Positions 31,507 through 41,183 of a stretch of DNA of 64,000 nucleotides are shown one piece after another. Source of the stretch: an uncultured delta proteobacterium (GTDB taxonomy: Bacteria; Myxococcota_A; UBA9160; SMWR01); contig CAWHTE010000008.1 in NCBI GenBank assembly GCA_963832165.1, positions 32,001 through 96,000 on the forward strand, given 5' to 3'. The position numbers were made by a program, and so were the translations under genes. The notes under the pieces were generated by a model, which saw only the letters and a program-made list of their open reading frames with translations, ran no database searches and was not told where the DNA came from. The first letter of the stretch is position 1. Each line of letters opens with the position of its first letter.

Positions 31507-32139
31507 GTGTCGGACGCACGCGCCACCCGGAACGCGCAGCCCGGGGCCGACCCGGCACCCGCCCCGATCGTGCTCGCGAGCGCCTCGCCGCGTCGCTCTT
31601 GGCTGCTCGCCCGCGCCGGGGTCGCCTTCGAAGCGCGCCCCGCACACCTCGACGAGACACCGCGCCGCGACGAGGCGCCCGCCGAAACGCTCGTGCGCCT
31701 CGCGCGCGCGAAGGCGCTCGCGGTCGCACTTGCGATCGGGGAGCCCGGCCGGCTCGTGCTCGGCGCCGATACCGGGGTCGTGCTCGGCGACCGGCTGTTC
31801 GGCAAGCCCCGCGATCCCGAGGATGCGATCGAGATGCTCGCGCAGCTCGCGGGTCACACCCATCGCGTGATCACCGAGGTCGCGATCGCGGAGTCCGGCG
31901 GACGCCGCATCTGGCAGTGCGGAGCGACCAGTCTCGTGACACTGCGCGCTGCCACTCGCGACGAGCTCGCGCGCTATGTGGCCGGCGGGGAGCCGCTCGA
32001 CAAGGCGGGCGCCTACGCGTTCCAGGGCGAGGGGCGCATGCTCGTCTCGCGCGTGGAGGGCAGCGAAAGCAACGTGATCGGCCTGCCGCTCGAGGAGACG
32101 CTCGCGCTGCTCGCGTGCGCGCGCGCCGCACTGGCGTGA
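31507..32139 (+). CDS. maf: Maf-family nucleoside triphosphate pyrophosphatase
   Basis: IVLASASPRR, LGADT, GKP, EPLDKAGAY, SNVIGLP. Confidence 0.94.
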   Translation: MSDARATRNAQPGADPAPAPIVLASASPRRSWLLARAGVAFEARPAHLDETPRRDEAPAETLVRLARAKALAVALAIGEPGRLVLGADTGVVLGDRLFGKPRDPEDAIEMLAQLAGHTHRVITEVAIAESGGRRIWQCGATSLVTLRAATRDELARYVAGGEPLDKAGAYAFQGEGRMLVSRVEGSESNVIGLPLEETLALLACARAALA

Positions 32140-32843
32140 GTGCCGCCGACGCGCTCTCGGCCGTACGCGCACGCGTGCACTCGGCGGCGGCGCGCGCGGA
32201 CCGGCTGACCGCACCCGTGACGCTCGTCGGCGTCGCGAAGGGAACCCCGGCCGAGCGCGTGCTCTCCGCGGTGCGCGCGGGCCTTGGCGACGTCGGCGAG
32301 AACTACCTGCAGGAGGCGACGGCGCACCGCTCGGAGCTCTCGAAGCGGCTGGCGGAGACGGACATCGCGCCGCCGCGGTGGCACTTCATTGGTCGGCTCC
32401 AGCGCAACAAGGCGCGCGCGGTCGCGCAGTCATTCGACGTAGTGCACACGCTCGACCGGCCCGAGCTCGGCAACGCGCTCGAGCGCGGCGCCGCCGATGC
32501 GGGCCGCACGCTCGAAGCGCTGATCCAGGTCAACGTGAGCGGCGAAGCGCAGAAGGGCGGCGCAGCGCCCGAGGCCGTGCCGGCGTTGCTCGACGCGAGC
32601 CGCGCATGGCCGCATCTCCGGGTGGTGGGGCTCATGGCGATCCCGGCGGCAAGCGACGACCCCGAGCGCACGCGTCCCGCATTCGCGATGCTGCGCGCGC
32701 TGCGCGACTCGCTGCGAGCAGATCACCCGGCGCTGCTCGAGCTCTCGATCGGCATGTCGAGCGACTTCGAGGTGGCGATCGAGGAAGGAGCCACGATCAT
32801 CCGCGTGGGCACGGCTCTGTTCGGGCCCAGGGAGCCAGCATGA
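32136..32843 (+). CDS. yggS: PLP homeostasis protein YggS
   Basis: LVGVAKG, GENYLQE, WHFIGRLQRNK, QVNVSGE, LSIGMSSDFEVAIEEGAT..RVGTALFG. Confidence 0.95.
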   Translation: MSAADALSAVRARVHSAAARADRLTAPVTLVGVAKGTPAERVLSAVRAGLGDVGENYLQEATAHRSELSKRLAETDIAPPRWHFIGRLQRNKARAVAQSFDVVHTLDRPELGNALERGAADAGRTLEALIQVNVSGEAQKGGAAPEAVPALLDASRAWPHLRVVGLMAIPAASDDPERTRPAFAMLRALRDSLRADHPALLELSIGMSSDFEVAIEEGATIIRVGTALFGPREPA

Positions 32844-33664
32844 CACTCGAGGGCGTACGAATCGGATTCCTGGGCGCGGGCGCGATGGCCGAGGCGCTCG
32901 CGGGCGGGCTGCGCGCGTCGGGCATCGCGGCGGGATCGCTGCGCCTCTCCGACCCCGACCCCGCGCGCCGCAAGCACGTCGAGCAGGCGCTCGGCGTCGC
33001 GACCACCGACGACAACGCCGAGATGATCGCGAGCAGCGACATCGTCGTGCTCGCGGTGAAGCCGCAGGTGTTGCCCGCAGCGCTCGGCGCGCTCGCGGGC
33101 GAGCCCGATCTCGCGCGCCCGCTCTGGGTGTCGATCGCGGCCGGTGTGCGGATCGCCAGGCTCGAGGCCGCGCTCGGCGCGAACGCGCGCGTGGTGCGCG
33201 CGATGCCCAACACACCCGCGCTCGTCCGCAGCGGCGCCACTGCGATCTGCGGCAACGCGGCGGCCACCGCCGCCGACCTCGAGCGCGCTCACTCCCTGTT
33301 CGCGAGCGTCGGCACGTGCTGGACCGCGCCGCGCGAGGCGCTGCTCGACGCCGTGACTGGACTCTCGGGGAGCGGCCCGGCCTATGTGTTCGTATTCCTC
33401 GAGGCGCTCGGGGATGCGGGAGTCCGAATGGGCCTGCCGCGCGACGCCGCCTATCAACTCGCGTTTCAGACCGTGCTCGGCGCCGCGCGGCTCGCGATCG
33501 AAGACGGCCGCCACCCCGCCGCGCTCAAGGATCAGGTGACCTCTCCCGGCGGCACCACGATCGCGGGGCTCGAGCGGCTCGAGGCCGGCGGCCTGCGCGC
33601 GGCGGTGTACGATGCGGTCGCGGCAGCCACGCGGCGGTCCCAGGAGCTCGCCCAGGGCGACTGA
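32840..33664 (+). CDS. proC: Pyrroline-5-carboxylate reductase
   Basis: GFLGAGAM, LAVKPQ, VRAMPNTP, SGSGPAY, VTSPGGTT. Confidence 0.97.
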   Translation: MTLEGVRIGFLGAGAMAEALAGGLRASGIAAGSLRLSDPDPARRKHVEQALGVATTDDNAEMIASSDIVVLAVKPQVLPAALGALAGEPDLARPLWVSIAAGVRIARLEAALGANARVVRAMPNTPALVRSGATAICGNAAATAADLERAHSLFASVGTCWTAPREALLDAVTGLSGSGPAYVFVFLEALGDAGVRMGLPRDAAYQLAFQTVLGAARLAIEDGRHPAALKDQVTSPGGTTIAGLERLEAGGLRAAVYDAVAAATRRSQELAQGD

Positions 33665-33761
33665 AAGGCCCAGCGGATTCGGAGCCTTGGGGACGAACCC
33701 TCAAGCTGCGCGCGCGTTTGGCCGATCGATTTGCCGCAGGGAGTTTTCCCCGGGAGTCCAC

Positions 33762-34286
33762 TTGCGCATCACGCCGCTCGACGTCCGCAATCACGTGTTC
33801 CCGCGCCGCATGAACGGCTACGACCGCGAGGAGGTCGACACGTTCCTGCGCATGGTCTCGGGCGACTACGAGACCACGATGCGCGAGCTCCAGAACGCGC
33901 GCGAGAAGATCGGCCAGCTCGAACAGCGCGTGCAGGAGCTGCTCCAGAACGAACATCTGCTCCAGGAGACGCTCACCACGGCGCAGCACCTCACGCAAGA
34001 CCTCAAGCAGACGGCGATGAAAGAGGCCGAGATGGTGATCAGCCATGCGGAAATCCAGGGCGAGAAGGTCCTGGACGCCGCGCATCGCCGCGCGGCCCGG
34101 CTCGCCGAAGACTTGCGCGAGATGAAGCTCCTGCGCGGTCGGGTCGCCGCCGTGCTGCGCGCGACGCTCGAGCACCACCTGCAGCTCGTCGACCACCTCA
34201 GCGAAGATCCGGCGGGCGAGGATCCGGCCATGGAGAGCCGGATCGAAGCGCTCGTGCGCCGGCGCGAGCCGCGCAGCGGGTCGTAG
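33762..34286 (+). CDS. divIVA: DivIVA-domain protein
   Basis: (M)RITPLDVRNHVFPRRMNGYDREEVDTFL followed by coiled coil; TTG start with GGAG RBS. Confidence 0.9.
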   Translation: MRITPLDVRNHVFPRRMNGYDREEVDTFLRMVSGDYETTMRELQNAREKIGQLEQRVQELLQNEHLLQETLTTAQHLTQDLKQTAMKEAEMVISHAEIQGEKVLDAAHRRAARLAEDLREMKLLRGRVAAVLRATLEHHLQLVDHLSEDPAGEDPAMESRIEALVRRREPRSGS

Positions 34287-34354
34287 GCCCGGGCGGCCCT
34301 CTCTTTCGCGGTTCCCGGGCGCCGGCTGGCGGCTCCGGAGGCCCCTGGCGTAGG

Positions 34355-34380
34355 CTTGAACTCCCGCCCCGAGGCCCCAC
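34355..34380 (+). promoter_or_regulatory. Putative RpoH (sigma32)-type promoter
   Basis: CTTGAA-N14-CCCCAC about 35 nt upstream of the zinc-ribbon gene; close to the CTTGAA-N13/14-CCCCAT consensus. Confidence 0.5.
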
Positions 34381-34414
34381 GCTTACGCCTCCCCGCCCCC
34401 CACAAGGAACTGTG

Positions 34415-34795
34415 ATGCCCGTCTACGAGTACGCCTGCGAGAAGTGCAAGCACGAGTTCGAGGCGGAGCAGCGGATCAGCGATGACCCGATCCGGGTCTG
34501 CCCGAAGTGCCGCGCGCGGAAGGTCAAGCGGCTGATCTCGCGTACCTCGTTCGTACTCAAGGGCAGCGGCTGGTACTCGGATCTCTACTCCTCCGCGGGC
34601 GCAAAGAAGGATGGGGATTCGAAAACCGGCGGCGAGAGTGGCGACAAGCCGGACTCGAGCGCGAAGTCGGACACCAAGTCCGAGTCGACGACGGAGAAGT
34701 CGGAGAAGTCGGAAAAGTCGGAGAAGCCCGCCGCGAAGAAGGACGGCAAGGCCGACAAGGCCAAGAGCAAGTCGAGCAAGCCCAAGGCCGCCTGA
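34415..34795 (+). CDS. FmdB-family zinc-ribbon protein with Lys/Ser-rich disordered tail
   Basis: MPVYEYACEKC..CPKC..LIS..FVLKGSGWY. Confidence 0.92.
   Translation: MPVYEYACEKCKHEFEAEQRISDDPIRVCPKCRARKVKRLISRTSFVLKGSGWYSDLYSSAGAKKDGDSKTGGESGDKPDSSAKSDTKSESTTEKSEKSEKSEKPAAKKDGKADKAKSKSSKPKAA
34692..34726 (+). repeat. 9-bp coding tandem repeat (CGGAGAAGT x ~4; EKS units)
   Basis: cggagaagt cggagaagt cggaaaagt cggagaag. Confidence 0.85.
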
Positions 34796-34822
34796 TCTCC
34801 GACGCTGCTAAGCTCCGCGCCC

Positions 34823-35677
34823 GTGGAAACGATCGTCGTCGACGGCCTCGCTCTCGCGCAGGAGATCCGCAAAGAGCTCTCCGAGGCGGTTGGACGCCAC
34901 GTCGCAGCGGGACGCCGCGCGCCGCATCTGGCCGTCGTGCGGGTCGGCGACGACCCCGCGAGCGCGTCGTACATCAAGGGCAAGCGGCGCGCGTGCGAGA
35001 GCATCGGGATGGGTTCGACGGAGACCCACCTGCCCGAGCGGACCACGCCGGTCGAGCTCGACGCGACGCTCGCCGAGCTGAACGGCACCCTTCACGTCGA
35101 CGGCATCCTCGTGCAGCTGCCGCTGCCCAAGCAGCTCGACCCGCGCGCGATCGCGCGCGCGATCGATCCGGCCAAGGACGTGGACGGCCTGCACCCGATC
35201 AATGCGGGCCGGCTGCTCCAGGGCGCACCCGCGCTCGTCGCGTGCACTCCGCTCGGCATCCTGGAGATCCTGCGCCGCTACGACGTTCCGCTCGAGGGGG
35301 CCGAAGCCGTCGTGATCGGCCGCAGCGACATCGTGGGCAAGCCGGTCGCAGTGCTGCTGCAGCAGGCGAACGCCACCGTCACGCAGTGTCACTCGCGCAC
35401 GCGCGACCTGCGCGAACACTGCCGGCGCGCCGACGTGCTCGTCGCCGCGGTGGGCGTTCCGAAGCTCGTGAAGCGCGACTGGGTGAAGCCCGGCGCCGCG
35501 GTGATCGACGTGGGCGTGACCGAAGTCGACGGCGTGCTCACGGGCGACGTCGACACGGACGGGGTGTCCGGCATCGCCAGGCTCGTGACGCCGCACCGGC
35601 GCGGGGTCGGCCCGATGACGATCACGATGCTCTTGCGCAATACGCTCCTCGCCTACGAGCAGCGCACACGCGCATGA
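34823..35677 (+). CDS. folD: Methylene-THF dehydrogenase/cyclohydrolase
   Basis: DGILVQLPLP, KDVDGLHP, CTPLG, IGRSDIVGKP, GVGPMT. Confidence 0.96.
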   Translation: METIVVDGLALAQEIRKELSEAVGRHVAAGRRAPHLAVVRVGDDPASASYIKGKRRACESIGMGSTETHLPERTTPVELDATLAELNGTLHVDGILVQLPLPKQLDPRAIARAIDPAKDVDGLHPINAGRLLQGAPALVACTPLGILEILRRYDVPLEGAEAVVIGRSDIVGKPVAVLLQQANATVTQCHSRTRDLREHCRRADVLVAAVGVPKLVKRDWVKPGAAVIDVGVTEVDGVLTGDVDTDGVSGIARLVTPHRRGVGPMTITMLLRNTLLAYEQRTRA

Positions 35678-36786
35678 CCGAGCTGCGGCGCACGCCGCTC
35701 GCGGCGCTGCACGAGCGACTCGGCGGCCGCATGGTTCCGTTCGCGGGCTTCTCGATGCCCGTGCAGTACACCGGGATCGTCGACGAGCACCGCGCGGCAC
35801 GCGAGACGGCCGCGCTGTTCGACGTATCGCACATGGGCCAGATCGCGCTCGCGGGCGCCGCCGCCGGCGCGTACGCCGACCGCCTGTGCACGCGTGCGAT
35901 GAGCACGCTCGCGATCGGGCGCGTGCGCTATGCGCTGCTGTGCAACGAAGACGGCGGAGTGATCGACGACCTCACCGTGTACCGAACCGGCGACGAGGGA
36001 TTCTTCCTCTGTGTGAACGCTGCCAACACCGCGGTGGATCTCGCGTGGATCGAGCGCCACGCGCCTGCGGACGTCGCGGTGCGCGACGAGAGCGAAGAGA
36101 CGGGACTGCTCGCGCTCCAGGGACCCGCGTCCGCGGCGGTGCTCGCCGACGTCGGTGGCCAGACGTTGGGCGCGCTGCGCCGCTTCCAGTTCGCGCGCGC
36201 GCCGCTCGCGGGATGCCGCAGCGTGCTCGCGTCGCGCACCGGCTACACCGGCGCGGACGGGTTCGAGCTCTACTGCAGCGCGCGCGACGCGACTCCGCTC
36301 TTCGAGGCGCTGCTCGAAGCCGGACGCAAGCACGGGCTCGTGCCCGCGGGTCTCGGCGCGCGAGACACGCTGCGTCTCGAGGCCGCGCTTCCGCTCTACG
36401 GGCAGGAGCTCGACGCCGATACCACGCCGTTCGAGGCCGGCCTCGACCGCTTCGTCGAGATCGAGCGCGATTTCCTGGGCGCCGCGGCGATGCGCCGCCG
36501 CCGCGACGCGGGCTTCGCGCGCGCGCTGGTCGGCTTCGAGGTCGATGGCCGTGGCATCGCGCGCACGGGCTATCCCGTGCTCGCTGCGGGTGCGCGCGTG
36601 GGACACGTCACCTCGGGCGGCCCCTCGCCCACCCTCTCGCGCGCGATCGGGCTCGCCTACGTGCCCCGGGATCTGTCCGCGATCGGCACCGAGCTCGAGA
36701 TCGAGGTGCGGGGGCGCGGGATTCCCGCGCGCGTGGTAGAAACCCCGTTCGTTTCGGGCACGGCCGCGGGACGGCCGACGCGCTGA
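35674..36786 (+). CDS. gcvT: Glycine cleavage aminomethyltransferase T
   Basis: [43 protein letters not shown]. Confidence 0.96.
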   Translation: MTELRRTPLAALHERLGGRMVPFAGFSMPVQYTGIVDEHRAARETAALFDVSHMGQIALAGAAAGAYADRLCTRAMSTLAIGRVRYALLCNEDGGVIDDLTVYRTGDEGFFLCVNAANTAVDLAWIERHAPADVAVRDESEETGLLALQGPASAAVLADVGGQTLGALRRFQFARAPLAGCRSVLASRTGYTGADGFELYCSARDATPLFEALLEAGRKHGLVPAGLGARDTLRLEAALPLYGQELDADTTPFEAGLDRFVEIERDFLGAAAMRRRRDAGFARALVGFEVDGRGIARTGYPVLAAGARVGHVTSGGPSPTLSRAIGLAYVPRDLSAIGTELEIEVRGRGIPARVVETPFVSGTAAGRPTR

Positions 36787-36820
36787 ACCCCTCCCCTATC
36801 GCCGCCGCGAGGAGCACATC

Positions 36821-37219
36821 TTGGCAGAGGCAGAGACCCGGATCCCCGACGATCTCCACTACTCCGAGCAGGACGAGTGGGCGCGCAGCGAGGACGGGCG
36901 CGTCACGATCGGCATCACCGACTACGCGCAGCAGCAGCTCGGCGACGTGGTGTTCGTGGAGCTGCCCGCGATCGGCAGCAGCGTTTCGCGCGGTGCGGCC
37001 TTCGGAGTGATCGAATCGGTGAAGGCGGTCTCCGACCTCTATGCGCCGGTCACGGGCGAGGTGATCGCGGTGAACGAGGCGCTCACGTCGCGGCCCGAGC
37101 TCGTGAACGAGGACTGCTACGGCGAGGGCTGGATGCTCGTCGTGCGGGCTACGGGCGATGCGACTGCGGGGCTGCTCGATGCAGCCGCCTACGCCAAGTA
37201 CGTCGCCGAGCGCTCCTAG
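36821..37219 (+). CDS. gcvH: Glycine cleavage H protein
   Basis: [29 protein letters not shown] lipoyl-Lys motif. Confidence 0.96.
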   Translation: MAEAETRIPDDLHYSEQDEWARSEDGRVTIGITDYAQQQLGDVVFVELPAIGSSVSRGAAFGVIESVKAVSDLYAPVTGEVIAVNEALTSRPELVNEDCYGEGWMLVVRATGDATAGLLDAAAYAKYVAERS

Positions 37220-37221
37220 CT

Positions 37222-37271
37222 CGCAAGCGCCGCGAAGCGGCGCGCGCAGCGAGGCGAAGCCGAGCGAAGTC
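37222..37271 (-). repeat. REP-like interspersed repeat, copy 3 (with CGCCGC-TTC-GCGGCG hairpin)
   Basis: Reverse complement of 37243-37271 equals 20112-20140; hairpin and CTTGCG follow; lies between convergent gcvH and the TPR gene. Confidence 0.85.
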
Positions 37272-37327
37272 GAAAAGGTGGCCTCGGGCTTCGCAACGGC
37301 TCGAGGGGCGAGTCTTGGGTCGCGCTC

Positions 37328-38191
37328 TTAGTTCTGCTCGAGCCGCTGCCGCGCCACGCGCGACCAGCTGCCCGCGGGCTCGAGCTGCAGATACCGGCGC
37401 CAGTGGACGCGCGCGGTGCGCATGAGCTCGAGCTTCTCGTAGATCAGCGCGATGCTCACGTGGATGTCCGGGAAGCGCGGATCGCTCTCGAGCGCCTGGC
37501 GGTAGTGCCACAGCGCGCGCTCTTCCGCGCCGTCCTCCTCGCAGAGCGTGCCGAGGTTCAGGTGGCCCTCCACATGGCGCGGCGCGAGTTCGATCGTCTG
37601 CTCGAAGTGCCGCCGTGCCTCGTTGCGGCGCCCGCGGTTGAACAGGAGCGAGCCGAGATTGCAGTGCGCATCGGCGAAGTTCGGATCGAGCTCGATCGCG
37701 CGCCGGTAGCAGTCCGCAGCCTCGTTCCAGGTTGCGCGCTCCCCGTCGAGCTCGCTGCCGCGCAAGAACCACTCGCGCGCCGCGGTGTAGAGATCCTCGA
37801 GGCTGCGCCGGGATTCGAGGATCTCCACGGCACCGGACTCCCCACCGCACACGAAATCGAGCACGAGCTGCCCGTCCGGCTCCATCCACACGCCGTCGTG
37901 GTGCAACAGAAGCCGCGGTGAGTCCTGCCAGGCGCGCAGTCCCGACAGCGGCTCGCGCTCCGGGAAGCGCTCGCGCAAGGCATCGGCGCCGCGGCGGATC
38001 CTGCACAGCGGCACACCGCGCTCCAGCAACCCGACGATCGAGCGCACCGAGACGAGGTCGCGAAAACCAAACGACGGTTGCTCGGCCAGCTCCGGCGTCA
38101 AGCCGATCAAGGAGGTGCGTTCCCAGTAACGCACCCGCCGACGCGAAACCCCACAAATTCGGGCGACGTCGCCCAGGGTGTACGCGGTCAC
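37328..38191 (-). CDS. MerR-like HTH + tetratricopeptide-repeat protein
   Basis: YTLGDVARICGVSRRRVRYWERTSLI..FGFRDL MerR-type HTH; C-terminal TPRs (YRRAIELDPNFADAHCNLG); start approximate. Confidence 0.85.
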   Translation of the reverse strand: MTAYTLGDVARICGVSRRRVRYWERTSLIGLTPELAEQPSFGFRDLVSVRSIVGLLERGVPLCRIRRGADALRERFPEREPLSGLRAWQDSPRLLLHHDGVWMEPDGQLVLDFVCGGESGAVEILESRRSLEDLYTAAREWFLRGSELDGERATWNEAADCYRRAIELDPNFADAHCNLGSLLFNRGRRNEARRHFEQTIELAPRHVEGHLNLGTLCEEDGAEERALWHYRQALESDPRFPDIHVSIALIYEKLELMRTARVHWRRYLQLEPAGSWSRVARQRLEQN

Positions 38192-38268
38192 TGTGCCGAA
38201 AAATACACCGAAGGATCGGCGCGACAAGGGTGCGCGCGCGGAACCCGTGACTTAACGGGTCGACAGGC

Positions 38269-38484
38269 TCAGTTCTTCACACCGGCCGCGAGCAGCGCCG
38301 CGCCCGCCACCGTGCCCGCAATGCCTGCCCACAGCGGAATGTTGACGTGTTCCTCGTCTTCGACCTGGATCTCGAACGGTCCGATCTCGGCCGTGTCCTT
38401 GTCCGTATACGTGAACCCGCCATAGACCAACGCCAGCAGTCCCAGAGTCAGAAGGATCGCTCCCAGGAGCCTGTTGCCCTGCAT
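38269..38484 (-). CDS. Small two-TM membrane protein
   Basis: MQGNRLLGAILLTLGLLALVYGGFTYT..IGPFEI..IPLWAG; AGAGAGG RBS. Confidence 0.75.
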   Translation of the reverse strand: MQGNRLLGAILLTLGLLALVYGGFTYTDKDTAEIGPFEIQVEDEEHVNIPLWAGIAGTVAGAALLAAGVKN

Positions 38485-38615
38485 CTTCCACCTCTCTCGA
38501 GTTTCCGGGTATCCAGTCTGGTAGAGCAAGGTCCGTGCCACGGAAACGCGCGCTGGGTTAGCCTCGAATGTAGAAACCGGAGCAGCCGAGGGGCTTTGTA
38601 CCGCCGAGGTGGATC

Positions 38616-40101
38616 TTGAGGAGAGCCGTCGCCTGGGTGCCCTTGTTGCTGACCGCATGGATGCTCAGCGGCTGCAGCGATGACGACGATGACGATTTCT
38701 TCTTCATCAGCGCGTCGTCGACCGCGGACCTGAACATCGACGGCTTCGCAGACCTCGTGGTCGGCGCGCCGCTGGACGATGGCGCGGGAGCGGCGGGCTC
38801 GGAGCGCGGCGCCGTCTTCATTCATCTCGGCAGCCTTTCAGGCCCATCCGCGGCGCCCGATCTCACGATCTTCGGAGCCGAGGACCGCGCGCATTTTGGT
38901 GCTTCGCTCGCGCTCGTGGGAGACATCAACGGCGCGGGCGCCCCCGACCTCCTCATCGGAGCTCCGTTCGACGACGCCGACAACAACACCACGAACGGCA
39001 ACACCGATCGCGGCCGCGCGTTCATCTTCTTCGGCGGGCCCCAGATGGACGCGATCGCCGACGTCACGATGAGCGGTGCGGAGTCCGGCGCGCTGCTCGG
39101 ATCGAGCGTGGGCTGGGTCGGGTGATACCAACGGCGACGGTCTCGAAGACTGGTTGGTCGGTGCACCGCTCGACGACGGGGACGGCAACACGACCGACGA
39201 CAGCATCGACCGCGGCCGCGCGTTCTTCCACTACGGAAGCTTTGCGCCCGATGCCATCGCAGACGCCACGTTCACGGGGTCGGAGGCCGGCGCGCAATTC
39301 GGATTCGTCGTCTCGTCGGCTGGCGACATCAACGGGGGTGGCGCGGACGACATCGCCGTGGGCGCGCCCTTCGACGACGGCGACGGAAACACCACCGACG
39401 ATACTGACGACCGCGGCCGCGTGTACGTCTTCTTCGGCGGCAGCGTTCTCGACGCGTTTCCCGACGTCACGCTCACGGGCGACGAGAACGGCGCGCAGTT
39501 CGGCACGGCCGTGGCGGCGGTATTCGACGTCAACAACGACAACGTCGATGATCTCCTGGTCGGTGCGCCGTTCCACAATGCGGGCGGCGGATCGGGCGCC
39601 GACCGCGGCGAGGCGTACGTCTTCTTCGGCAGCAACCCGGTCGATCCCACCGCGGACATCACGATGAGCGGCTCCACCGATGACGGGTCGTTCGGCGCCT
39701 CGGTCAGCCGCGCGGGCGACGCCGACGGCGACGGCGAGCGGGACTTCATCGTAGGGGCTCCACGCGAAGAACCCGGCGGCCTCACCGAGGCGGGTAGCGC
39801 CTATCTGTTCCGCGGCGGTTCAGGCGTCGACGACAACCCCGATGTCATCTTCGACGGCTTCGAGGCGGACGCGCATTTCGGGGCGTCCGTCGCGGGTCCG
39901 GGCGACCTCGACGGCGGCGGCCGCGACCTCATCGTCGGCGCACCGCTCGACGACGCGGACGGCAACGCGACCGACGACGGCTTCGACCGCGGCAGCGTGT
40001 TCGTGTTCACGGGCGGTGCGGGGCTGCTCGACAACGTCGAGGAGGCGATCATCGACGGGACGCTCGATGGTGCCCAGTTCGGCACCGCGATCGGGAACTG
40101 A
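38616..40101 (+). CDS. FG-GAP/integrin-alpha beta-propeller lipoprotein (frameshift near 39120)
   Basis: Lipobox LSGC; about seven FG..GD.NGDG..D..VGAP repeats split over two frames. Confidence 0.85.
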
Positions 40102-40142
40102 CGCGTGCGATACCGTTCCGAGACGTTGCGGAGGATCGTGCG

Positions 40143-41171
40143 ATGAAGGCCGCGTACATGCGGAGCGGCAAGCTGGAGCTCGGCGCGCTGCCCGACCCGG
40201 TTCCCCAGGCCGGGGAAGTGCTCGTGCGCACGCTCGCGTGCGGCGTCTGCGCGTCGGATCTCCACGTCCTCCGCCACGGCCGCGATCTGACCGAGTGGTC
40301 GCGCGCGAACAACGGCCCGTTCACGATGGACCTCGAGCGCCCGGTCGTGCTCGGCCACGAATACACCGCCGAGATCGTCGACTACGGGCCCAATACCGAG
40401 CGCAAGCTCGCGACCGGCACCGTCGTGACGTCTTCTCCCGTCGTGATCGGCGCACACGGGATCGCGGGCGTCGGCCTCTCGAACGACTATCCGGGCGGTT
40501 TCGGCGAGTACATGCGCCTTTCGGAGGCGCTGATTCGCCCCGTGCCCGAGTCGCTGGGCCCGCGGCTCGCGGCGCTGACCGAGCCTGCGTCGGTCGGACT
40601 CTACTACGTGCGCGTCGCGGACCTGCGCGAGGGGGACGTCCCGCTCGTGATCGGCTGCGGTGCAATCGGCCTCGCGGTGATCGCCGCGCTGCGCCGCGCG
40701 GGCGCGCACCCGATCCTCGCCGCCGACTTCTCGGCGGCACGCCGCGAGCAGGCGCTGCACATGGGCGCGGATCGCGCGATCGATCCGCGAGCCGAATCGC
40801 CGTACGTCGTGCAGCCCGGCGCGCGCGGCCCCGCGAACGTGATCTTCGAGTGCGTCGGTCTCCCCGGAGTGCTCGACGGCGTCACGCGCGGCGCGCCGTT
40901 CGGAGCACGCGTGATGGTGGCGGGCTGGTGTCTCGAGATGGATCACCTGTTCACGCCGATCGCGCACTTCAAGGGTCTCGCGATCAAGTTCGGCGGCGGT
41001 CCCACCCCCATGGACTTCGACGCTGCGCTGCGCGCGCTCGGTGAAGGAGAGATCGACATCTCCTCGTGGATCACGCACGAAGCAGGTCTCGACGGCGTCG
41101 AGTCCGCGTTCGACCGGCTGGGCGATCCCGGAACGGGTCTGCGCACGTTGATCTGGCCCGGGCGCGGTTGA
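40143..41171 (+). CDS. Zn-dependent medium-chain alcohol dehydrogenase (no structural-Zn lobe)
   Basis: CGVCASDLH, LGHE, GCGAIG. Confidence 0.92.
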   Translation: MKAAYMRSGKLELGALPDPVPQAGEVLVRTLACGVCASDLHVLRHGRDLTEWSRANNGPFTMDLERPVVLGHEYTAEIVDYGPNTERKLATGTVVTSSPVVIGAHGIAGVGLSNDYPGGFGEYMRLSEALIRPVPESLGPRLAALTEPASVGLYYVRVADLREGDVPLVIGCGAIGLAVIAALRRAGAHPILAADFSAARREQALHMGADRAIDPRAESPYVVQPGARGPANVIFECVGLPGVLDGVTRGAPFGARVMVAGWCLEMDHLFTPIAHFKGLAIKFGGGPTPMDFDAALRALGEGEIDISSWITHEAGLDGVESAFDRLGDPGTGLRTLIWPGRG

Positions 41172-41183
41172 CGCGCGGCTGGA

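Noticed and set aside
33762..34286. DivIVA in a diderm as a novelty
   Set aside because: The yggS-proC-divIVA arrangement is known in deltaproteobacterial lineages
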